NCBI GenBank assembly: GCA_964649245.1
Contig: CAZYOS010000002.1
Location: 1 to 55,132, forward strand
DNA: 55,132 nt
From: an uncultured Clostridium sp.
GTDB lineage: Bacteria > Bacillota_I > Bacilli_A > RF39 > UBA660
Direction of reading: 5' to 3'
Shown: positions 11,401 to 17,332 of the stretch, piece after piece
Position numbering within the stretch: position 1 is the first letter of the stretch
Layout: the number at the start of each line of letters is the position of its first letter
The notes under the pieces: model-generated
The model's database searches: none
What the model was told of the DNA's origin: nothing
Seen by the model: only the letters and a program-made list of their open reading frames with translations
Made by a program: the position numbers and the translations under genes

Positions 11401-12508
11401 CATATGAATTTTCGGATCCTACAATTGTTACATTTGCTTTTGGAGTATTCAATATAAAATTTTCTCCAACATTTAAACTTCCATATCCAGAAGCGTTAAT
11501 AGTAAGATTTCCAAGATTAGCAAATTCATACACTAAGTCCTGTGAAACATTTAAATTAAATCCATTAAGATCCAAGTTAACGCGCTTTGTTATATTTAAT
11601 GTACCAGACAAATTAATATTATCCATTAATCTAATAGTATCACCAGCAACTGCTGAATTAAGAATTTCTCTTAATTGAGTTTCGTTTTGAACATCAAGTA
11701 TTTGTCCTTCTCTATTCTCTGCAGTAATTACGCCAACTTGACTACTATATGCATTTAAATGAATAGATAGACTGCTATCGGAATATCTTCCAGTATTAAC
11801 TCCCGAATACATACCATAATCAAGTCTATATATTTTACTACTTTTAACATTTTCAACCGGAGCTGCAACAGTATCTATTTTCATTAAATTATTAAGCAAT
11901 GTCATATTTCTAACAGGTATAGCTGTATCATTTTCCATAGAAGCAGATGGTTGATGTGATGCTGCATAAGCTTCAAGTTTACTATCATATGTTCCTAAAA
12001 CAGTATCATTTACCGCACCAGTCACTTCATATAATCTATAATATAAAATTCCAGCAACTTGTGTTAAATCAGAAGATGGAGTAGAACTAGTAGATACTTC
12101 AATGTAATGGCCTTCTAAACTAAATGCTAATGAAAATTCCATATCTAAAGTACCAGTATTTTCAACTTCAATATATTTAGATCCTACTGTGATATTACTC
12201 ATATTAGTTTCATACATAATTGTTTGTACTTCATTATTATCAGATATTTCAATACCATCTTCATCATATTGCGTTATGTTATGTGAAATACGACCTGTAT
12301 TAAGTAAAGCCCCTGCTCCAGCAAATTCATCATATAGCCATGCAAATGACTCAGTTAAAATAAATGCTACAAATATGATAATAGCCAAAGATTTTCTAAT
12401 ATTCTTATTTTTCAATAATTCTTTAATATTATTAGATGCAAAAAAGTATTTTATATTTGTAAAACATTTATTTATTGCACTACTAATACTATGAATTATT
12501 TTTTTCAT
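5459..12508 (-). CDS. Giant (2,349 aa) surface adhesin: SipW-type signal, TasA/CalY-like N-domain, beta-helix-like segment, about five BspA-type LRR super-modules with Ig/CBM-like inserts
   Basis: The ATG at 12508 (MKKIIHS...) is preferred over the TTG at 12529 used by the ORF track. The signal ends ...AFILTESFAWLYDEF. The N-domain has TasA-like hallmarks (IEVENTGTLDMEFSLAF ... GRYSDSSLSIHLNAYSSQ). BspA/TpLRR-type repeats recur many times (IGNNAF/IGDYAF/IGESAF...L..I.LP..V). There is no LPXTG, SLH or choline-binding anchor. Confidence 0.8.
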   Translation of the reverse strand: MKKIIHSISSAINKCFTNIKYFFASNNIKELLKNKNIRKSLAIIIFVAFILTESFAWLYDEFAGAGALLNTGRISHNITQYDEDGIEISDNNEVQTIMYETNMSNITVGSKYIEVENTGTLDMEFSLAFSLEGHYIEVSTSSTPSSDLTQVAGILYYRLYEVTGAVNDTVLGTYDSKLEAYAASHQPSASMENDTAIPVRNMTLLNNLMKIDTVAAPVENVKSSKIYRLDYGMYSGVNTGRYSDSSLSIHLNAYSSQVGVITAENREGQILDVQNETQLREILNSAVAGDTIRLMDNINLSGTLNITKRVNLDLNGFNLNVSQDLVYEFANLGNLTINASGYGSLNVGENFILNTPKANVTIVGSENSYDVVVGGEFNVNVIQDGETDGLYLDSAHIVKSSTGLVPIDMIVDSNSRITIGPEVVVGNITAADGSTNIEVVNNGSVTQLDFSNMTLQETYTKAQIYVYNLGEIYGILGSYGILLPSNAAPYLAPNSGNTLIIKGITSGDITVGGSENFDIGDIQTNQDDISVVPIENELNSYIVYIKAAPDTLQGLLEAYFENQGSTTISQDIDNIEKLVIWTLNAQYFELEDFVYANSSAMSSLEYISLYNSRVTDGTTNNKIPNNAFLNKTTLKTVILPKTVTEIGNNAFSGVQLGAIPASTDDEFNFITIPSTVTTIGSAAFDSSIYVKFVSSVPPTLATNTFGTSARIFVPNGSISTYSNVQGISPEYLFISGNLDDDRRYFVFNTNTGLGISYVVNKYLSAAATTLGIPETITYQGSSKNVTEIGNNSFREMNIVNTSGVKLTLPDTITRIDPSAFYGLNLTAVEYFNNVTYIGDYAFYQTNLTGITANRATYIGNYAFYNTPIETIQLNNVITIDDYAFANSLNLYEASVGTLSVVGDYAFSNCPQMQRFYINNGNSLLVNNTEEIDLTVGTNAFFNNWGAYIDGRLRFYVPDATLASGKTVLSLYKEKFPDNANYIYITGIDVGSYQYMAVPYNLSNYTVRTVTVRDTNNASVTGYEIISYQGPDLTSNLPTYLTANGTTKDVVSIGEGAYQNTVVASGSEFNIESEKLINISKGAFYGFDIGHVVAAKVATIGESAFEGSTIHYGFFEKLKTLGTRAFYNCDELYRLKLGPVTEVGTLAAAETPNLTSVFFTNTLRNVNYASDAFENTGTNIANRFRMYVPDENNLLDFYRGIFTDLADYIYPTGTIIGHYTGAINYNIGLFSVREVTKQNASGSDVTDYEIIEYHGPDLNSSYVLPATVTLGTDALDISYFVNRAGLRDVSVAVTMTNTSDLEISAWEVDVVIDGGMYGETGAGVTAVNGTSVITFKNGNASIGKLAAGASKTVNFHIKSTTNGITDIEISSIRTTVPNATSHNVISIGENAYSHVATETGTTFDIESSNILYIGKNAFANNSGIRHVTLNNVVTIDNYAFSGSSITQGSFNNLNLLGTGVFRNTNNLYIMNFGKVQTMGANTITNAPYLYQVIFDSPSSPSLSIDANVFSNIGTSTENRQRFYVSNGVTTTNEEFVDVYKAHFPTQYQPYFYSYDDIVGSYIPSGLIDEIDIGDYSIKNTTINGNNGYEIVEYHGSTIDGSYQFPTLLDLNDRFLSSEVSYGTGWIEGSDYVKNVVIDITNNGTTATTAWRVTINMPNSGTISGISTDNNGAVISGNTAVLTSVTHNNIIQPGATYSLTIRVRHSISDLSVFITSISQNATSGIPVISIGDYAFGHASFDGTASYDISSDYLLNIGVSAFQNNTGIRNITANNCLYIKENAFNGASNLTAATFEGLYSIGESAFQNNANLIVINLGTVTSIAANAFLNDTNVARIIFNNTTYSSTINITIDPTAFSNCGTVIGSRLRVYVPSGTAGAMTMVEAYQEILPTELDPYVYETGIIQGSYTHNGYDIGAYSVKLANINGSTGWVLIEYHGADISSSYTIPSRIVIGEDDYFVRSIGERAYYLVNVVSGVNWNLTLPSTVVDVGDYAFYRRNVYSLSGSNLITIGAHSFEQSTTLRTITFNSVTYIEDYAFNGCTNLRTATLGTGVLSIGAYALYNSYATNNLTRININTQVPPQITETTLPARTPQSFFGYTWYTSYLYVYVPRGYTDAYSNDSLWGLQNIRQLGDTYQNFVYEIVDADVDYIKITGYLSSNNISVPDTFTISNVTYPVRQIETDAFDDVTNATTVTLGVNVMNVGNAFLSGNQYVTTINVNTNNLYFASSNGVLYSKDMETLIKVPNAKSLSGNTFTIPSTVKVIASGSFTGNTRLRRITIPSGIIAISERAFTSATNLTTVTFAGVVPPYLTGFEFLPNNAGLTINYPLDTANGNADNYANSVFYAWYLIDS

Positions 12509-12518
12509 AAAATCCTTT

Positions 12519-13397
12519 CTAATCTTCAATTATTATAATATCTGCCACTTTTTCACTATATTCTTTAATTTCATCAGATAGTTTTGAATTAATTAAAGTA
12601 TTTTCTAATCCTCTGCTAGGAGTAGAAACTTTCTTTTCCTCCTTATATTTCATTATTTCATTTCTTAAATCATCACTTATAATAGTTTTTTCAAGTTCAC
12701 GATCTATTTCTTCTTTAAACTCTCTACTATAAATTGTTTTTTCAAGTTCCTCATTTTTATTTTTAATTTCTACAACCATATTGTCTGGCTTTTTAGTTTT
12801 AAACAATGAGAATTTTTTCTTATTTTTGTTTTTATAATCATTTAACAATTGTATTTCTTCTGAAGTTAATCCATTTGGTTTAATTTCATGTTTAATATTT
12901 GATAACTGCTTTATTAAAATTATTATTAATGGAATAAATACTAGTATCACAAACCCAATTTTCGATCTAATAATTTTACTTACTAGACTTATTAAGAACA
13001 TTCTATAAACAAGTTTCCCATATATCTGACTTCCTTTTACTACGGGGTCTATCATATTTGTTACCGTTCCTTTAGTATAAAATAAATACTCACCTGTATC
13101 AGAAACATCAACTGTTTTAACCATATGTGTTACTGTTTTTCCTTTAAAATCTGATTCCAATCCTTGGTAAGTAACTATATCTCCTTCTTTTATTGTTTTA
13201 GGTTCAACCTTTTTAACAAGTATTACATCACCAACTTCCAAATTAGGTGACATAGAACTGGTCACAATTACGAATGTTCTGTATCCAAATATACCATCTT
13301 TTTTAAACACAAATTTTTGAGCCAATATAAAGACACATATCACTATTGATAATACAAATAATAAATTTTGAATAAAATTAAATATTTTTGTCTTCAT
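12519..13397 (-). CDS. sipW: Archaeal/ER-type signal peptidase I (SipW-like) paralog 1 with long charged C-terminal tail
   Basis: RBS AAAGGA. An N-terminal TM helix is followed by the Ser box VTSSMSPNLEVGDVILV and the His box KTVTHMV. A second TM helix is followed by a roughly 125-aa Lys/Glu-rich tail containing the repeat ELEKTI(Y/I)S. Box E is divergent (TKGTVTNMID instead of GDNN). Confidence 0.75.
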   Translation of the reverse strand: MKTKIFNFIQNLLFVLSIVICVFILAQKFVFKKDGIFGYRTFVIVTSSMSPNLEVGDVILVKKVEPKTIKEGDIVTYQGLESDFKGKTVTHMVKTVDVSDTGEYLFYTKGTVTNMIDPVVKGSQIYGKLVYRMFLISLVSKIIRSKIGFVILVFIPLIIILIKQLSNIKHEIKPNGLTSEEIQLLNDYKNKNKKKFSLFKTKKPDNMVVEIKNKNEELEKTIYSREFKEEIDRELEKTIISDDLRNEIMKYKEEKKVSTPSRGLENTLINSKLSDEIKEYSEKVADIIIIED

Positions 13398-13409
13398 ATT
13401 ATATCCTTT

Positions 13410-13976
13410 CTATGGTTTCAAAAAATTAATATGCTCTATAGATAAACTTTTATCAGCAACCTCATTAGCAGCAGTTTTATCAATTGTAATATACCAATAT
13501 ATGCTTTTTGTTTCTAAAGGTTCTACTGTAAAATTATCAATAAATTTAAGTATTTTTTCACCACTTGTTGATTCTTCAATGTTTTCACCTAAATTAAGTT
13601 TTTTTATCATTGGAGAAGTAGTACCAAAATACATTTTAGGACTTAATGCTGATACATCACCAGTAATATCTGAAAAAACTATTGAAGTAGATGCTCTAGT
13701 GTTGCCATTATTTGTTATGTCTATTCTATATAATTTTGTATCATTAGGTGCCATATTAACAACGCTAAATATAGGAGTGGTAATTAATTGATAAGTTAAT
13801 GTTTCAGAATTATATTCATATAATTCAACATCAATATCTAATGTATTAATTATCAGGTCTCTATTATAATTAACAATTTCACCTTGAGAGGCAACAGTAA
13901 CCATCCATGCTACAGAAGCAGCTATTAATAAAATTGTTATTATTAAATTAAAATATGATTTTATATTTTCTTTCAT
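13410..13976 (-). CDS. Small TasA/CalY(camelysin)-like secreted protein, SipW-type signal
   Basis: The signal is ...LLIAASVAWMVTVASQ. Further hallmarks are NTLDIDV, YRIDITNNGNTRASTSIVF and the C-terminal ADKSLSIEHINF. Confidence 0.55.
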   Translation of the reverse strand: MKENIKSYFNLIITILLIAASVAWMVTVASQGEIVNYNRDLIINTLDIDVELYEYNSETLTYQLITTPIFSVVNMAPNDTKLYRIDITNNGNTRASTSIVFSDITGDVSALSPKMYFGTTSPMIKKLNLGENIEESTSGEKILKFIDNFTVEPLETKSIYWYITIDKTAANEVADKSLSIEHINFLKP

Positions 13977-13984
13977 ATTTACCC

Positions 13985-15058
13985 CTAGTTAAACACTACT
14001 GTTGTTACATAAGATTCAGGACTCACATTTGCAACTGCTGCATATCTTACATATACTGTTTGTCCTCTGGCAAATGTCATGGATGAATTGGTTACCGCAG
14101 TCCATGATGTTGAACTTGAACTCGTTGTATTATATTCCATAGAAGTATCTAAATTAGTTATAGTTAGTAATGAGTTGTTAGCATAAACGTTTGGAGCATC
14201 TCTTAATACATTAGCACTTCCGAATTTAATAGTAGCATCTATTGTTGATGAAGCAAGAATATTTGTACAATCAAGATCCCCTCCTTCAAGCCATATTTTA
14301 ACATTTACTTTTACAGTAGTATTTGCAGGAATAGTAAGAAGAATTTTATTTAAATCTATCGATGCATCATCACTGGTTCCTCTTCCGCCATTTTTTTCAT
14401 CAAATGTATATACAGTTTGATTCCCTATAAGATTGGAAGAAGTAGATGTATCAAAATAATCAAATTCACCGATTGCTCTTACTGCCCTTGTTGTATATGG
14501 TGCAGCTGTCGTTCCCTTTTCTGCAGTATCTCCAAATATATATAATACATCATAATTTTCATCTCTTATTGTAATTGCTACTCTAATTGCATCACTTGCA
14601 GCTCCGGAAATAGAAGTATCATTATGTAAGTACACATGTTTCGCATAATTTTCGGTTTGCAAGTAGAAATCATAATCAACACAACCATATTGTTCCATAT
14701 TTAAATGCCCATCTGCTTCAGGATTAATAAGTACATATTGAGGCATATTATTTGCAAGTCCAGCACCAAAATCTATTGTATAAAATGTTAAACCATCAAC
14801 ACTTGACATTTGTTTCAGTTCAAATAAACTGAAATCATTAAATATTTCTTCCAAATTAACAACAGTTCTTGCAGCACTATCAGGAGTTAGCCTAATTACC
14901 AAACCTTCAGCAGCACTAACCTTTATATTGTTCTGAGTAATACTAGGATTACTTTTATCAGAAAACCATGCATAAGAAGCAACAGACAAAAGAACTGCAA
15001 CTTCAACTATAGCAATTATTGTTGATGAAAATGTAGTTTTATGTTTTATTTCTTTCAT
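13985..15058 (-). CDS. Large TasA-superfamily-like secreted protein (W-x-EG-x-D-x-DC family), SipW-type signal
   Basis: RBS AAAGGAAAA. The signal is ...LLSVASYAWFSDKSN. The central motif is SDAIRVAITIRDE and the C-terminal motif is VKIWLEGGDLDCTNILASSTIDATIKFGS. Confidence 0.6.
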   Translation of the reverse strand: MKEIKHKTTFSSTIIAIVEVAVLLSVASYAWFSDKSNPSITQNNIKVSAAEGLVIRLTPDSAARTVVNLEEIFNDFSLFELKQMSSVDGLTFYTIDFGAGLANNMPQYVLINPEADGHLNMEQYGCVDYDFYLQTENYAKHVYLHNDTSISGAASDAIRVAITIRDENYDVLYIFGDTAEKGTTAAPYTTRAVRAIGEFDYFDTSTSSNLIGNQTVYTFDEKNGGRGTSDDASIDLNKILLTIPANTTVKVNVKIWLEGGDLDCTNILASSTIDATIKFGSANVLRDAPNVYANNSLLTITNLDTSMEYNTTSSSSTSWTAVTNSSMTFARGQTVYVRYAAVANVSPESYVTTVVFN

Positions 15059-15088
15059 AGTTTTCCTTTCTAATATTAATTTTAATAT

Positions 15089-16207
15089 CTAATATTCTAA
15101 TATCGTTTTACTTGATGCAAAATATTGCATGTTTTCACTTTTTCTTACATATACAATGTCTCCGGTTTCAAATGTAGGATTGTTGTTTTCATTGTAAGTA
15201 GTCCAATTTAAGCCATAATCACTTGAATACTCCATACCTTCAACATAGCCATCTATTGTATTTCCTGTTCCTACTAATACAACTGGTGCAACATTATCAA
15301 GCCCTTTATTTATTGCTGAAAATTGAAGATTCATTTTAAATAATCCTCCAGTTAATGCGGTCACATTATCTCTGTCATTTCCCTCAATCCATATCCTTAC
15401 TAATACTTTTCTTACACCTGCATTTTCGTTAATATCTGTAGTAGTTATTACAGGGTCTCCACATGCACTTTGATTGGCAGCTGACGCACATATTTCATCT
15501 TTGACATTTATTACATCTTCGATGGTAACTGGATTGTTAGCGGCCTCGATATATTTATAATCTTGTGGGTTTGTTGAATTTATATTAGCAGTACATGTCC
15601 CAGTACAACTAATTTCATAATTCTTATTAGGAGCCCAAACTAAACTAGCTTCCGAATTCATAACATATTCCCCATCAATCAATTCATTTTCTATAAATGC
15701 AATTCTAACTGATGATGCAATTAAGTCTCTACTAAAATCACCATCAATACTTATTCTTTCTACATCACTACCTAATAAGTCAGTAGACAAAGTGCCAACA
15801 GCAGGAGATACATATGATGAAGCATCTAGAAATATTGATGCATTAGCAGCCAATTTGAACATAAGACTAAATTCTAAATAATCGCTTGTACCATTAGCAG
15901 TAGTAAATGATACAGGAGTTCCATCATCTCTTTTATTTGAAGGAATGTACATATTAATTCCATTGCCTGTTATTTCGTGTTTAAATTCAAAATCACCAGG
16001 AAGATTTAATGCTGTTTCAGTAATCCATGTTTCTCCTGAATCAAGAGAAAGCAACAAGTTATAATGAGCATCAGCCCTTAATGTTACATCATTTGCTTTA
16101 ACTTCCTTATTATCAGTAAGCCATGCATAAGTAGCAACTAAAACAGTTACTATAATAAGTAATAATTCTAAACCAGCAATCCAAGTTTTCTTATGTGATT
16201 TAAACAT
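15089..16207 (-). CDS. Large TasA-superfamily-like secreted protein (W-x-EG-x-D family), SipW-type signal
   Basis: RBS AGGAG. The signal is ...VTVLVATYAWLTDNKE. Further motifs are SSVRIAFIENE, LVWAPNKNYE and the C-terminal VRIWIEGNDRDNVTALTGGLFKMNLQFSA. Confidence 0.6.
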   Translation of the reverse strand: MFKSHKKTWIAGLELLLIIVTVLVATYAWLTDNKEVKANDVTLRADAHYNLLLSLDSGETWITETALNLPGDFEFKHEITGNGINMYIPSNKRDDGTPVSFTTANGTSDYLEFSLMFKLAANASIFLDASSYVSPAVGTLSTDLLGSDVERISIDGDFSRDLIASSVRIAFIENELIDGEYVMNSEASLVWAPNKNYEISCTGTCTANINSTNPQDYKYIEAANNPVTIEDVINVKDEICASAANQSACGDPVITTTDINENAGVRKVLVRIWIEGNDRDNVTALTGGLFKMNLQFSAINKGLDNVAPVVLVGTGNTIDGYVEGMEYSSDYGLNWTTYNENNNPTFETGDIVYVRKSENMQYFASSKTILEY

Positions 16208-16215
16208 CTACACTC

Positions 16216-17325
16216 CTATTCTAAATTATTAGTTATTTTCAACATATCTTTTCTATATTTTTTAAAATATTTTTTAAATATAGCTTCAATTCTATTTTCT
16301 CTCTTAATTTTTTCTCCATAAGCAAGTTTAAATTCTTTATTAATAGATTTTTTAAATTTAAATTCATCTATTTCATCATTACTATCTACATAATCTTTTA
16401 TAGCTTTAGAAATAACATATTCACTATAAGATTTCTTTTTAGTTCCCTTATCCTCTTTTGAATTAAGAACTAAATAATCAATTAGGAAAGCCTGATCCAT
16501 GTTATCCTTAACTTCACCCGTAATATCATAATTATTATCTTCATTAACTTCTTCTTTAGCATTAACATTATATCTTTCAATAAATTCCCATAATTCTAAT
16601 GCCTTTTTGAAATCATTATTTTTAAGAATAACATTAGTTTTTCTTATTGGAGATTTAACAAATACTATATTAGCAGAAGCAAGTTCTTTAAAAAATGCAC
16701 TATGCATAAAGTCAGCAATTATCAATTGAATTTTTTCTAATCTTTGATCAACTGTTAAGCCGGAGCCATTTACCGTTAGATCCTCAAATACATTACTTTC
16801 CATATTCAAATTAATTTTAACTATTTCTTTACCAAGTTTAGTTTCAGAATTATAATTATATTGTTTATTAACATTTGAACTTGATCCACCAGTCATAAGC
16901 TCTTTTCTTTTAGCAATAAACATTGAAAGATTCATAAGTAGCGTATATATAAATCTATTTTCATATATATCATAACTTTCTTCTTTATTTATGTTTAATA
17001 CTTTAGAAGGTGTAATAGTATCTTCTACTGGATCATATTTTTGTATAAAATTTGTATGAGTAGCTAAATGTACAACACTCTCTTGTGTTAATTTTTTTGC
17101 CTTTTCAACATTAACTACCTCTTCTTCTTGCTGAATAAACTTTTTTGGATTTCTTACAATGTTATCTAAACTAGGAATACATTCCTCAATCTTATCAATC
17201 CAACTATAATCAAATTGAACTTTTTTTTGACTATCATGCATTAATAATTTAGAATTAGCATTATCGATAAACTCATTTTTTGTTTTTTCATCAGCTCTAT
17301 CAATTAATCTATTTATTTTTTCCAT
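16216..17325 (-). CDS. DUF2357 / McrC-N-terminal-like partner of the McrB-like GTPase (paralog 1); no nuclease motif seen by eye
   Basis: RBS AGGTGA, 7 nt after the upstream gene. It carries the motif YDIYENRFIYTL (compare the tpENRF motif of DUF2357 proteins) and SPIRKTNVILKNNDFKKALELWEFI. It is about 55-60% identical to the 26475-27569 product by eye. Confidence 0.5.
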   Translation of the reverse strand: MEKINRLIDRADEKTKNEFIDNANSKLLMHDSQKKVQFDYSWIDKIEECIPSLDNIVRNPKKFIQQEEEVVNVEKAKKLTQESVVHLATHTNFIQKYDPVEDTITPSKVLNINKEESYDIYENRFIYTLLMNLSMFIAKRKELMTGGSSSNVNKQYNYNSETKLGKEIVKINLNMESNVFEDLTVNGSGLTVDQRLEKIQLIIADFMHSAFFKELASANIVFVKSPIRKTNVILKNNDFKKALELWEFIERYNVNAKEEVNEDNNYDITGEVKDNMDQAFLIDYLVLNSKEDKGTKKKSYSEYVISKAIKDYVDSNDEIDEFKFKKSINKEFKLAYGEKIKRENRIEAIFKKYFKKYRKDMLKITNNLE

Positions 17326-17332
17326 AACTCAC

